Source: an uncultured Acidobacteriota bacterium (GTDB taxonomy: Bacteria; Acidobacteriota; Thermoanaerobaculia; Multivoradales; UBA5704). Taken from it: a DNA stretch of 64,000 nt. Positions 26,834 through 38,584 of this stretch are shown here, piece by piece. Position numbers and translations under genes: made by a program. The notes beneath the pieces were generated by a model. It ran no database searches and was not told where the DNA came from. It was given only the letters and a program-made list of their open reading frames with translations. Numbering within the stretch: the stretch's first letter is position 1; every line of letters begins with the position of its first letter. The stretch lies in the NCBI GenBank assembly GCA_963700145.1, contig OY969474.1:3648001-3712000 (forward strand), given 5' to 3'.

Positions 26834-28416
26834 GAGGTCCTCCGGCGCTCCTCGGGCAGCAGCACGCGCGCCGCCAAGTCCTCCCAGCCGCCGCGCCAGG
26901 CCTCCTCGGTCAGGTGCGCGCGCTGGAAGTGGACCTCCTCGCCGTCGCGGGCGAAGGAATCGGCGGCGAGGCGCACGAGGCCGGCGCGGTGGAGGCCGCC
27001 GAGGAGCCGGTCGCAGCGGGCGCGGTCGAGGCCGTCGCCGGCGAGGGCGCGGCCGAGCTGGCCGGGGGTCTGGCCGTCGGTCTCGCGCAGGGCGTCGAGC
27101 AGGCGGTGGAGGCCGCCGGCCTCGCGCGCCGTCGGCGGGCGGAAGCGGCGGACGGCGCAGCGCGCCGGGGCGCAGGCGTCGCAGAGGCCGCAGGAGGCGC
27201 CGGCGTCCTGCTCGTCGCCGAAGTGGCGCAGGAAAGCGAGCATGCGGCACTCCTGCCCCTCGGCGCAGCGCCCGATCGCGCCGAGCATGGCGCGGCGGTG
27301 GGCGCGCCGCTCGGGGTCGGGCGCGTCGCGCTCGAGGAGCGCCTCCTGGAGCCGCCGATCGGCGAAGGAGTGGAGCAGGACGGCGCGCGCCGGCAGGCCG
27401 TCGCGGCCGGCGCGGCCGATCTCCTGGTACCAGCCCTCGATCGACGCCGGCAGCGCCGTGTGCACGACGGTGCGCACGTCGGCCTTGTCGATCCCCATGC
27501 CGAAGGCGATGGTGGCGACGACGACGTCGAGCGCGCCGGCGAGGAAGGCGGTGCGGGCGCGCACGCGCTCGGCGGCGGCGAGCCCGGCGTGGTAGGGCGC
27601 GGCGGCGAGCCCGGCGGCGGCGAGGTCGGCGGCCAGCGCCGCCGCCTCCTTGCGCGTCGGGACGTAGACCAGGGCCGGCCGGCAGGCCGGATCGTCGAGG
27701 AGGCCGAGGACGGCGGCGCGCCGCGCCGACGGCGGCAGCTCCACGACCTCGATCGCCAGGTTGGTGCGGCGCAGGCCGAGCAGAAACCGCGCCGGGTCGG
27801 CGAGGCCGAGCTGCCGGGCGATGTCATCCTGGACCGCGGGCGTGGCGGTGGCGGTCAGGGCCACGACCGGCGCCGGGCGGAGGCCGGGCAGGCGCTCGCC
27901 CAGGAGCCGGTAGTCGGGGCGGAAGTCGTGCCCCCAGTGCGAGATGCAGTGTGCCTCGTCGATCGCCACCAGGACCGGGCGGCCGCGGGCCAGGAGCTCG
28001 GGGAAGCCGGGCGCCGCCAGCCGCTCGGGGGCGAGGAAGAGGAAGTCGAGGCGGCCGTCGAGGTAGTCGCGGCAAGCGGCGGCGGCCTCGGCGCGCCCGC
28101 GCCCGGAGTGCACCCGCGCGGCGCGCAGGCCGAGGGCGTCGAGGCGCGCGACCTGGTCCTCCATGAGCGCGATGAGCGGCGAGACGACGAGCGTCGTACC
28201 GCCCCGCGCCAGTCCCGGGAGCTGGTAGCAGAGCGACTTGCCGGCCCCGGTCGGCATGACGAGGAGGACGTCGCGACCTTCGGCGGCGGCGCGGCACACC
28301 GCCTCCTGCCCCGGCCGGAAATCGGCCAGGCCGAAGACGGCATGGAGGAGCCCGCGCAAGCGGTCGGCAGGCGCGGCGGCGGCCGAAGGGCCGAAGAGGA
28401 GCGGGAGCGACGACAT
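26830..28416 (-). CDS. recQ: RecQ-family ATP-dependent DNA helicase (no HRDC domain evident)
   Basis: [52 protein letters not shown], Zn module CR..CGLCDAC. Confidence 0.88.
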   Translation of the reverse strand: MSSLPLLFGPSAAAAPADRLRGLLHAVFGLADFRPGQEAVCRAAAEGRDVLLVMPTGAGKSLCYQLPGLARGGTTLVVSPLIALMEDQVARLDALGLRAARVHSGRGRAEAAAACRDYLDGRLDFLFLAPERLAAPGFPELLARGRPVLVAIDEAHCISHWGHDFRPDYRLLGERLPGLRPAPVVALTATATPAVQDDIARQLGLADPARFLLGLRRTNLAIEVVELPPSARRAAVLGLLDDPACRPALVYVPTRKEAAALAADLAAAGLAAAPYHAGLAAAERVRARTAFLAGALDVVVATIAFGMGIDKADVRTVVHTALPASIEGWYQEIGRAGRDGLPARAVLLHSFADRRLQEALLERDAPDPERRAHRRAMLGAIGRCAEGQECRMLAFLRHFGDEQDAGASCGLCDACAPARCAVRRFRPPTAREAGGLHRLLDALRETDGQTPGQLGRALAGDGLDRARCDRLLGGLHRAGLVRLAADSFARDGEEVHFQRAHLTEEAWRGGWEDLAARVLLPEERRRTS

Positions 28417-28440
28417 CGAGCGGCTCGGAGGAAGCCGAGG

Positions 28441-29478
28441 TTATCGCACCTTGCGCATCGAGGTCCGCAGCTCGAGAGTAGCGAGGGCGGGGAGGCCGAC
28501 GGCCAGGACGACGGCGTAGTGGAGGCCGCGGTAGAGGAGGGTGCCGGCGGCGGCGTCGACGCGATCGACGCCGAGGGCGGCGAAGGAGGCGACCATCGCG
28601 GCTTCGGTGGCGCCGATGCCGCCGGGGACGCCGGTGAGCATGCCGGCGGCGAGGCCGAGGGAGACCGCGCCGACGACCACCGCCATCGGCACTTCGGCGC
28701 CGAAGCCGCGGAAGACCAGCCACTGCGCGAAGGCGTTGAGGAGGAAGAAGCCGGCGCCGAGCCCCACCACCTGCCAGCGCAGGCGTTGGTCGGCGAGGAG
28801 GCGCGCGAAGACCTCCACCGCCTCGTGGCTGTGGGAGAGGAGCTTCCCCATGCGGCCGGTCGCCGCCGCCGCGCGCCGCGCCAGGACGGCCGCCAGCCGC
28901 CCGCCGCTCCCCTCGCCGCTCCGCCGGCTCCAGACGAAGAGCGCGACGCCGGCGGCGACGAAGGCCGCGAGGGCCGCCCAGCCGAGCCGCCAGCGGCCCA
29001 GCGCGAAGGCCATGACGATGAGCGCCGCCCAGGAGAGCGCCGTCATCACCGCGTTGTGGGCGAGCTGGTCGAAGAGGACGACACCGTAGGCGCGGCCGAA
29101 GCCGCCGGCGCCGCCGCGCGCGGTGTAGCGGGCGCGCAGCAGGCCGCCGGCCAGGCGGATGGTCGGCGTCACCATGTTGACCGCCGCCGAGGCGAGGAGG
29201 GCGAAGAAGCCGGTCGCGAGGCTCGGCGCGCGCTCCACCCGGCGCATCGCCAGGTACCAGCGCACGTCCCAGATCGCGAAGCGGGCGAGGAGGCAGAGCG
29301 TGGCGAGCGCCAGGATCGGCCAGCTTGCGCTCTCGAGGCGGCCGGCAACCTCCGCCCAGCGCACGCCGGCGAGGAGCCGCACCGCGAGCCACACCGCCAG
29401 GACGACGATCGCGACTTTGGCGAGCGTCGAGACCCAGGGGAGCCAGCGCGAGCGCTTGCGGGGTGGGTCCTGAGGCAT
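28441..29478 (-). CDS. Lysylphosphatidylglycerol-synthase-TM / flippase-like membrane protein (UPF0104)
   Basis: Multi-TM; RW, NMVTP, PGGIGATEA, LLYR motifs. Confidence 0.82.
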   Translation of the reverse strand: MPQDPPRKRSRWLPWVSTLAKVAIVVLAVWLAVRLLAGVRWAEVAGRLESASWPILALATLCLLARFAIWDVRWYLAMRRVERAPSLATGFFALLASAAVNMVTPTIRLAGGLLRARYTARGGAGGFGRAYGVVLFDQLAHNAVMTALSWAALIVMAFALGRWRLGWAALAAFVAAGVALFVWSRRSGEGSGGRLAAVLARRAAAATGRMGKLLSHSHEAVEVFARLLADQRLRWQVVGLGAGFFLLNAFAQWLVFRGFGAEVPMAVVVGAVSLGLAAGMLTGVPGGIGATEAAMVASFAALGVDRVDAAAGTLLYRGLHYAVVLAVGLPALATLELRTSMRKVR

Positions 29479-29512
29479 GATTCGAGGATAACGCGCGGGG
29501 CGAGGAGGCGTG

Positions 29513-30963
<1,451 letters not shown>

Positions 30964-30967
<4 letters not shown>

Positions 30968-31197
30968 GCGAAACCAAAGTGACCGTGCTGCGCAACGGCC
31001 CCCTGCGCATCGAGGGGGACTTCGAGATCCTCGACCCGGCGGGGAGCGCCTACGGGCTGGCCGGGCGGACCGTGCTGTCCCTCTGCCGCTGCGGCCAATC
31101 GCAGAACAAGCCGTTCTGCGACGGCAGCCACAACCACCACGGCTTCCAGGACGAGCCCCAGGCGCGCGAGCTGCCGCCGAAGAAGCCGGTTGCATAG
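30964..31197 (+). CDS. CDGSH iron-sulfur domain protein
   Basis: ATGA coupling; NGPL..LCRCGQSQNKPFCDGSH. Confidence 0.92.
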
Positions 31198-34045
31198 GGC
31201 CCTAGTCCTCTTCCTGCTCGCCCTGGCCGTCATCGCGCCGGCCGCGGCGCAGGGGCCGGCAGCCGACTGGCGGACGCTCGAGACCGCGCACTTTCGCTTC
31301 CACTACCCGGCGGAGTCCGAGGCCTGGGTGCGGCGGGCGGCGGCGCGGGTCGAGTCGATCCGGGAGCGGGTGGCGGCGGAGGTTGGCTACGCGCCGCCGC
31401 AGCGGGTGGAGGTGCTGGTCTCCGATCCGCTGGCGGTGCCGAACGGCGCGGCGCTTCCGTTTCTCGGCCGCCCGCGCCTCGTGCTGTGGACCAGCCCGCC
31501 GCCGCCGGGGTCGGTCATCGGCCACTACCGCGACTGGTCCGAGGTCCTCTTGGTGCACGAGGAGGCGCACCTCGCGCACCTCCTCCGACCCTCGCGCAAC
31601 CCGCTGCGTCGCAACCTCGACTGGCTGCTGCCGGTTGGGCCGATCTCGCTGGCGGCGCCGCGCTGGGCGATCGAGGGGTACGCGACGCTGGTCGAAGGGC
31701 GGCTGACCGGCGCCGGCCGGCCGCACGGCGATTTGCGCGCGGCGGTGCTGCGGCGCTGGGCGCTCGCCGGGCGCCTGCCGAGCTACGCCGGGCTCTCCAG
31801 CGACGACCGCTGGCTCGGGCTGTCGATGGCCTACCTCGCTGGCTCGGCCTACCTGGAGTGGCTGGAGGCGCGGGCCGAGCCCGGGAGCCTGCCGAAGCTC
31901 TGGGCGCGGCTCAGCGCGCGCCGCAGCCGCAGCTTCGACGAGGCCTTCCGCGGCGTCTTCGGCGACGACCCCGCCGACCTCTACGGCCGCTTCACCGCCG
32001 CGCTGACCTACCGCGCCGTCGAGGCCGAGCGGCGGCTGGCGGCGGCGGCGCCGGAGGGGCGCGAAGGCGTGCTCTGGCAGGAGCTGGAGGAGGCGACCGG
32101 CGCGCCGGCACTCTCGCTCGACGGCGGCGAGCTGGTCCTGGCGCGGCGGCGGCGCGACGAGCCGGCGGAGCTGGTGGTCTGGGGCACCGGCCCGGACGAG
32201 GAGGCGGAGAAGAAATGGCGGGAGGAGGTGGAGAAGCTCCTCCGCCGCGATCCCGAGGACGTGGCGCCGGTGCGCAGCGGGTCGCTGGAGCGCGAGCCGC
32301 GGCACGTCCTCGCCGTCGAGCCCGAGCCGACGATGCCGCGCTTCCTCCCCGACGGCGGCGTCCTCTTCGTCCGCTTCGCGCCTGACGCGGAGGGCTTCCT
32401 CCACCCCGACCTCTTCCGCTGGCGGCCGGAGACGGGAGAAATCGACCGGCTCACCCGCGGCGCCGACCTGCGCGACCCCGACCCGGCGCCCGACGGGCGC
32501 TGGGCGGCGGCGACCCGCATCCGGCACGGGCTGGCGCAGATCGTCAGGGTGGACCTGGCGAGCGGCGCCGTCGAGCCGCTCACCGAGCCGGCCCTCGCCG
32601 CGGTGGACCGGCCGCGCGTCGCGCCGGACGGCGGGCGGGTGGCCTTCGCGCGGCACGCCGAAGGGCGCTGGGAGCTGGTGGTGCGCGACGTCGCCGGCGG
32701 CGGCGAGACGCGGCTCGAGCCGCCGCCGGAGGGCACCGTCTCGACGCCCGCCTGGGGCCGCGACGGCCGCACGCTCTTCGCGACGGTGGGGCAGGGCGGC
32801 TTCATCGACCTCTGGGCCTTCCCGCTCGATCCGCCCGGGCCGCCGGCGCGGCTCACCCGCACCGCCGGGGCGGCGCTCTCGCCGGAGCCGGCGCCCGACG
32901 GCAAGGCGCTCTTCTACCTGTCGCTCCAGCCCGACGGGCTCGATCTCCACCGCCTGGAGCTGCCGGCGCCGCTCGCCGCCCGGCCGCCGGCGCCGGTCGA
33001 GACCGCCGACCTGGTGCCGGCGGTGCCGCCCCCGCCGCCGGCCGCGGCGCCGCCGTTCGCGGAGGCGGACCCGGGCCCGAGCCGGCCCTACGGCGCCGGC
33101 CCCGCCGAGGCGGCGTTCGCCTCGGGCGGCGCGTCGTCGTCCGCCGGCGACTCGTGGGAGCTGGGGGCGCGGCTGGGAGATCCGGTGGGGCGGTGGGACG
33201 TGCTGGCGCTCGGCGGCGGCAGCGGGGACGGCGGGCCGGAGGGGGGCGCCGTGGCGGCCGCCTTCCGCGGCTGGCCGGTGGAGGTCTCCGCGCACGGGTT
33301 CCAGGTGGAGGAGCGGCCCTCGCGGCAGGACGACGCGGCGGCCGGCGCCGCGCGCCTCGACGCCGAGCGGCGCGGCTTGGAGCTGGAGGCAAGCTGGCGG
33401 CGGCAGGGGCTGGCGAGCGGGCTCGCTCTGACGCTCGCCGGATACGCCGGCGAGATCGAGGCGCTCGACCAGGAGGTCCTCTCGCTCGCCGCCGACTGGC
33501 AGGCGCGCCGGCGGGTCCACGACTGGACGCTCGCTCCCCGGCTCGCCGCGCGCCTGGAGTCCGGCGACACCGGCAGCGCCTCCTGGGAGCGCTGGCGCGG
33601 CACGGCGGGCCTGAGTTTCGCGGACGGCGACGGCGGCGGGCTGGACCTCACCTGGACGCGCGGCAGCGTGAGCGGCGGCCCGCACCCGCTGGACCTCTTC
33701 CAGGTCGGCGGCACGGGATCGAGCCTCCTCCCTGAAACTCTTCTCGCCTCCCGGATCGAAGCGCCGGCGCTCCCGGCCGGCGCGCTCGTCGGCGACGAGG
33801 TCGAGTCCCAGCGCGGGGAGCTGACGCTGGATTTCTTCCCCGCCCCGCTCTTCTTCGAGCGCCACCGCATCGGCGGCGAAGGCGACTGGCTCCGCGTCGC
33901 CGGCCTCGAATGGCGGGTGAGCCTGCCGCCAACCCCCATCGCCCTCCTCCCCGCGCTCGACCTTCGCGCCGGCGCCGCCCGCGTCCTCGACGGCCCGCTC
34001 GACGGCGAGGAGCGTTGGTGGATCGCGCTCGTGGTCCGCCCCTGA
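31190..34045 (+). CDS. Secreted Zn-metallopeptidase (HExxH) + PD40/TolB propeller + probable C-terminal beta-barrel
   Basis: Signal; WRTLETAHFRFHY, HEEAH, WAIEGYA; PxxxPDG repeats; amphipathic strands to the C-terminus. Confidence 0.75.
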   Translation: MHRALVLFLLALAVIAPAAAQGPAADWRTLETAHFRFHYPAESEAWVRRAAARVESIRERVAAEVGYAPPQRVEVLVSDPLAVPNGAALPFLGRPRLVLWTSPPPPGSVIGHYRDWSEVLLVHEEAHLAHLLRPSRNPLRRNLDWLLPVGPISLAAPRWAIEGYATLVEGRLTGAGRPHGDLRAAVLRRWALAGRLPSYAGLSSDDRWLGLSMAYLAGSAYLEWLEARAEPGSLPKLWARLSARRSRSFDEAFRGVFGDDPADLYGRFTAALTYRAVEAERRLAAAAPEGREGVLWQELEEATGAPALSLDGGELVLARRRRDEPAELVVWGTGPDEEAEKKWREEVEKLLRRDPEDVAPVRSGSLEREPRHVLAVEPEPTMPRFLPDGGVLFVRFAPDAEGFLHPDLFRWRPETGEIDRLTRGADLRDPDPAPDGRWAAATRIRHGLAQIVRVDLASGAVEPLTEPALAAVDRPRVAPDGGRVAFARHAEGRWELVVRDVAGGGETRLEPPPEGTVSTPAWGRDGRTLFATVGQGGFIDLWAFPLDPPGPPARLTRTAGAALSPEPAPDGKALFYLSLQPDGLDLHRLELPAPLAARPPAPVETADLVPAVPPPPPAAAPPFAEADPGPSRPYGAGPAEAAFASGGASSSAGDSWELGARLGDPVGRWDVLALGGGSGDGGPEGGAVAAAFRGWPVEVSAHGFQVEERPSRQDDAAAGAARLDAERRGLELEASWRRQGLASGLALTLAGYAGEIEALDQEVLSLAADWQARRRVHDWTLAPRLAARLESGDTGSASWERWRGTAGLSFADGDGGGLDLTWTRGSVSGGPHPLDLFQVGGTGSSLLPETLLASRIEAPALPAGALVGDEVESQRGELTLDFFPAPLFFERHRIGGEGDWLRVAGLEWRVSLPPTPIALLPALDLRAGAARVLDGPLDGEERWWIALVVRP

Positions 34046-34098
34046 GCTAACATGACGGGTCCGGCTCGCCCCGCCTCTCGGGGGCGTCCCCCTCCGCC

Positions 34099-35622
34099 GT
34101 GACCGACCGAGCGATCCTCCTCCGCCTCTCCGGCGACTTCTATACCAAGGCGCGGAAGACGCGGCTGCGCTTCCTCCGTCGCCTGGCCCACAACCTGGAG
34201 GACGCGCTCACCACCCACGGCTTCACCTATCGGCTGCAGAAGAGCTGGAGCCGCTTCGTCCTCGAGGTGGAGCCGTCGCCCGGAGGGGCCGACCCGGCGG
34301 AGGTCCTGCCGCGCGTCTTCGGCATCCAGTCGGTGTCGGAGATCGAGCGCCGCCCCTGGTCGACCCTCGACGACGTCGTCGCCGCTGGCGAGGAGCTGTT
34401 CCGCGAGGCGGTCGCCGGCCGGCGCTTCGCCGTGCGCGCCCACCGCCGCGGCGACCGTGCGGCCATCCCCTTCGATTCCCTGGCCGTCGAGCGCGCCCTC
34501 GGCCGCGCGCTCCTCGCCCACGGCGCCGGCGTGCAGCTCAAGGACCCGGAGGTGACCGCCCACGTCGAGGTCGAGCCCGGCGTGGTGCACTTCTTCCGCG
34601 ACCGGGTGGCCGGCCGCGGCGGCTTGCCGATCGGGGTCGAGGGGCGGGCGGTGGCGCTGGTCTCCGGCGGCTTCGACTCGGCGGTGGCCGCCTGGCTCAT
34701 GCTCAAGCGCGGCGTCCAGCTCGACTACGTCTTCTGCAACCTGGGCGGCGAGCCGCACCGGTTGGGCGCCCTGCGCGTCATGCGCCTCCTCGGGGAGCGC
34801 TGGAGCTACGGCTACCGGCCGCGCCTCCACGAGCTCGACTTCCGGCCGCTCGTCGAGGCGCTGCAGCGCGACACCGACCCGCGCCTCTGGCAGCTCCTCC
34901 TGAAGCGCCAGATGCTGCGCGGCGCCGAGGCGATCGCCCGCCGCGGCGGCGCCGCCGGCATCGTCACCGGCGACGCCATCGGCCAGGTCTCCTCGCAGAC
35001 GCTGCAGAACCTGGCGGTGATCTCCCAGGCGGCGGCGCTCCCCGCCCTCCGGCCGCTCCTCGGCAACAACAAGGAGGAGATCCTGGCGCTGGCGCGCGAC
35101 GTCGGCGTCTACGAGGCGGCGGCCGAAGTCGAGGAGTACTGCGGCCTGGCGGCGCCGAAGCCGGCCACCCGCGCGCCGCTCGGGTCGGTGCAGCGCGAGG
35201 AGGCGCGGCTCGACCCGGCGCTGCTCACCGCGGCGCTCCAGGCGCGGAAGAGCTTCGACCTCCGCGGCCTGGCGGCGGCGGACCTGGCACCCTCGACGCT
35301 CGAGCTGGAACGCATCCCGGAGGGGGCGACCCTTCTCGACCTCCGGCCGCTCACGTCCTTCCAGACCTGGCACCACCCCGCGGCCCTGTCGCTCGAGTTC
35401 CCGCACGCCCTGACCGCCTTCCCGGCGCTGCCGCGGGACCGCACCTACGTCGTCTACTGCGAGGTCGGCTGGAAGAGCACCCACCTGGCCGAGCGGATGC
35501 GCGAGGCCGGCTTCCTCGCCCACCACCTCAAGGGGGGGCTGGGCGCGGCGATGGCCCAGGCCGGCCTCGAGACGGCCGAGGACAGGGCCCTCCTGGCCCC
35601 CGCCGTGCGCGAACGGCGGTAG
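34099..35622 (+). CDS. thiI: tRNA 4-thiouridine synthase ThiI with C-terminal rhodanese domain
   Basis: THUMP region, GGLPIG, PP-loop LVSGGFDS, GDAIGQVSSQTLQNL, EYC, rhodanese VVYCEVGWKS. Confidence 0.93.
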   Translation: MTDRAILLRLSGDFYTKARKTRLRFLRRLAHNLEDALTTHGFTYRLQKSWSRFVLEVEPSPGGADPAEVLPRVFGIQSVSEIERRPWSTLDDVVAAGEELFREAVAGRRFAVRAHRRGDRAAIPFDSLAVERALGRALLAHGAGVQLKDPEVTAHVEVEPGVVHFFRDRVAGRGGLPIGVEGRAVALVSGGFDSAVAAWLMLKRGVQLDYVFCNLGGEPHRLGALRVMRLLGERWSYGYRPRLHELDFRPLVEALQRDTDPRLWQLLLKRQMLRGAEAIARRGGAAGIVTGDAIGQVSSQTLQNLAVISQAAALPALRPLLGNNKEEILALARDVGVYEAAAEVEEYCGLAAPKPATRAPLGSVQREEARLDPALLTAALQARKSFDLRGLAAADLAPSTLELERIPEGATLLDLRPLTSFQTWHHPAALSLEFPHALTAFPALPRDRTYVVYCEVGWKSTHLAERMREAGFLAHHLKGGLGAAMAQAGLETAEDRALLAPAVRERR

Positions 35623-35698
35623 CCCGGCGGAATCGTTTCCTTAGAGGGAAGCGGAGGTTGCCCCCCGGGGGCGATCGGCGTACAGTTGGCCGCCGCCG

Positions 35699-38539
35699 TT
35701 GAGCCAGCCCTTGCCGCGCACCGCCGGGTCCGTCCTGCCCGATCCCCGATGGCTCGCCACCGTTGCCGAAGCCTCACCAGTCCCCCTCTTCGCGGCCTCC
35801 GAGGCCGGTCTGCTCTACGCCAGCCCCGCCTGGGAGGGGGTGACCGGCTGGACGCCCGCCGAGCTCGTAGGGCGCCGGCTCGCCGACTTCGCCCAGGCCG
35901 AGGCGGTCGAGAGGGTGGGGGATTGGGAGGACTGCGTCGCCGCCGGCGAGCACCCGCCGCCGCTCGAGGCCCCCTTCCGGGCGCGCGACGGCCGGGTGCT
36001 CTGGCTGGAGCTCCACGCCGCCCCGTTCGCCACCGAAACCGGCCTCTGCACCGTCGGCGTCGCGCTCGAGGTCAGCGAGCGCCACCGCCGGCAGGCGGAC
36101 CTGGCGCAGAACGAGGACTGGTTCCGCGCCCTCGCCGAGATGACTTCGACGGCGGTCATCGTCTACGGCGCCGACCGCATCCGCTACGCCAACCGCGCCT
36201 GCGAGGTGCTGACCGGCTACAGCCAGGAGGAGCTGGTCGGCATGCCGGCCTGGCTCCTGCCGCACCCCGATCACCGCGAGATCACGGTGCAGCGTATGAC
36301 GGCGCGCCTCCGCGGCGAGCCGGTGGACAGCCGCTACGAGCTCAAGATCCTCACCAAGCAGGGCGAGGTCCGCTGGGTGGACTACACCGCCGGCCTGGTG
36401 CCGCTCGGCGGCGAGACGGTGGCTTTGGGCACCGCCTTCGACATCACCGAGCAGAAGCACGTCGAGTTCGCCTTGCGCGAGAGCAACGAGCGGCTGGAGC
36501 TGGCGCAGCGCGGCGCCGGCATCTTCACCTGGGAGTGGGACCTGCGCAGCGACGCCCTGCTCGTCCCGGAGCACGCCGCGGAGGTGCTCGGGCTGGCGCC
36601 GGAGGCGCTGTGGACGACCGGCGCCGCCTTCATGGAGGCGGTCCTGCCGGAGGACCAGGGCGAGCTCGCCGCCGCGCTCGCGCGCTGCTTCTCGGGCGGG
36701 GAGGACCTGACGGTCCAGTTCCGCCTGCAGAGCCCGGACGGCGCGGTGCGCTGGGTCTCCGAGCGCGGCCGCGTGCTCTACGACGCCGACGGCGCGCCGG
36801 CCCGCATCATCGGCGTGGCGCACGACATCACCGAGCGCAAGCAGGCCGAGGAGGCCCTCGAGGAGGAGCGCGAGCGGGCGCAGGTGACCCTCGCCTCGAT
36901 CGGCGACGGCGTCATCCGCACCGACCGCGAGGGGCGCGTCGACTACTTGAACCCGGTGGCCGAGCGGTTGACCGGCTGGAGCGCCGCCGAGGCCCTCGGC
37001 CAGCCGCTCGCTCGTGTCTTCCAGGTGCTCGACGAGGTGGCGCGCAAGCCACTCCCCGACCCGGTCGAGCGCTGCCTGCGCGAGGGGCGGGCGGTGGAGC
37101 TGCCGGGGCCGCTGGTCCTGGTGCGGCGCGACGGGGTGGAGTTCGCGGTGCGCGACTCGGTCGCCCCGGTGCGCGACCGCGAAGGTCGAATCACTGGCAG
37201 CGTCGTGGTCTTCAAGGACGTCTCCGAGCTGCGCGGGATGGAGCGGCAGATGCGCTTCCTCACCCGCCACGATCCGCTGACCGGCCTGCTCAACCGCCGC
37301 GAGCTGGAGCGGCGGCTCGGGCGGGCGATCGAGCTGGCCCAGGAGGACGGGGGCGAGCACGCCCTCCTCTACCTCGACCTCGACGACTTCAAGCTGGTCA
37401 ACGACACCTGCGGCCACGTCGCCGGCGACGAGCTGCTCAAGCAGGTGGCCGCCGAGCTGGCCGACGAGCTCCCGGCCGGCGCCGCCCTCGCCCGGCTGGG
37501 AGGCGACGAGTTCGGGGTGCTGCTCGCCGAGACCTCCGCCGCGGAGGCGCGCGCCGTCGCCGAGGCGATCCGCGCCCGCGTCACGCAGTTCCGCTTCTCC
37601 TGGGAGGAGCGGGTCTTCCGCGTCGGCCTCTCGCTAGGACTCGTGCCGATCACCGGCGCCAGCGGCGGCCTCGACCAGGTCCTCTCGGCGGCCGACGCCG
37701 CCTGCTACGTGGCCCGGGAGCGCGGCGACCGCATCCACGAGTGGCAGGCCGACGACACCGCCGTGGCCGAGCGCTCCGGCGAGCTGCAGTGGGTGCAGCG
37801 CATCCCGCACGCCCTCGACGACGGGCGGTTCCTGCTCTTCTGCCAGCCGATCGTGCCGCTCGGTCCGGCGGCGACCGAGAAGCTCTGCGAGATCCTGCTC
37901 CGCCTGCGCGGCGAGAACGGCGAGCTGGTGAGCCCCGCCGCCTTCATCCCGGCCGCCGAGCGTTACCGGCTGATCGGCACCATCGACCGCTGGGTGGTAC
38001 GCGCCGCCCTCGACGCCCTGGCCGGCAACCGGGTGGCGGGCGACCCGGCGACCTGCTTCGCCATCAACCTCTCCGGCCAGTCGCTCGGCGACGAGAGCTT
38101 CCTCGACTACCTGTTGGCGGAGATCGCCGCCAGCGGCGTGCCGCCGGGGCGCCTCTGCTTCGAGGTCACCGAGACCGCCGCCGTCGCCAACCTGGCGCGC
38201 GCCCGGCGCACCATCGCGGCGCTCAAGGGGCTGGGGTGCCGCTTCATCCTCGACGACTTCGGCAGCGGCCTCTCGTCGTTCGCCTATCTGAAGAACCTCG
38301 CCGTCGACTTCCTGAAGATCGACGGCGAGTTCGTGCGCGGCATGACCGCGGGGTCGGTGGAGTGGGCGCTGGTCGCCTCGATCCACCAGATCGGCCACGT
38401 CATGGGCATCAAGACCATCGCCGAGTCGGTCGAGGACGCCGAGACGCTCGAGGCGGTGCGGTCGCTGGGCATCGATTACGCCCAGGGCTACGCCATCGCC
38501 CGCCCGGAGCCGCTTTCCACTCTTGAAGCGAACGATTAG
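35699..38539 (+). CDS. Multi-PAS GGDEF-EAL cyclic-di-GMP enzyme
   Basis: About four PAS/PAC units; HDPLTGLLNRR, GGDEF, EILLR, DDFGSGLSS, QGY. Confidence 0.93.
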   Translation: MSQPLPRTAGSVLPDPRWLATVAEASPVPLFAASEAGLLYASPAWEGVTGWTPAELVGRRLADFAQAEAVERVGDWEDCVAAGEHPPPLEAPFRARDGRVLWLELHAAPFATETGLCTVGVALEVSERHRRQADLAQNEDWFRALAEMTSTAVIVYGADRIRYANRACEVLTGYSQEELVGMPAWLLPHPDHREITVQRMTARLRGEPVDSRYELKILTKQGEVRWVDYTAGLVPLGGETVALGTAFDITEQKHVEFALRESNERLELAQRGAGIFTWEWDLRSDALLVPEHAAEVLGLAPEALWTTGAAFMEAVLPEDQGELAAALARCFSGGEDLTVQFRLQSPDGAVRWVSERGRVLYDADGAPARIIGVAHDITERKQAEEALEEERERAQVTLASIGDGVIRTDREGRVDYLNPVAERLTGWSAAEALGQPLARVFQVLDEVARKPLPDPVERCLREGRAVELPGPLVLVRRDGVEFAVRDSVAPVRDREGRITGSVVVFKDVSELRGMERQMRFLTRHDPLTGLLNRRELERRLGRAIELAQEDGGEHALLYLDLDDFKLVNDTCGHVAGDELLKQVAAELADELPAGAALARLGGDEFGVLLAETSAAEARAVAEAIRARVTQFRFSWEERVFRVGLSLGLVPITGASGGLDQVLSAADAACYVARERGDRIHEWQADDTAVAERSGELQWVQRIPHALDDGRFLLFCQPIVPLGPAATEKLCEILLRLRGENGELVSPAAFIPAAERYRLIGTIDRWVVRAALDALAGNRVAGDPATCFAINLSGQSLGDESFLDYLLAEIAASGVPPGRLCFEVTETAAVANLARARRTIAALKGLGCRFILDDFGSGLSSFAYLKNLAVDFLKIDGEFVRGMTAGSVEWALVASIHQIGHVMGIKTIAESVEDAETLEAVRSLGIDYAQGYAIARPEPLSTLEAND

Positions 38540-38584
38540 AGTCGGGCCGAGGGCGGGCCCGATTCTTGCGGCTCGCCTACGGCG

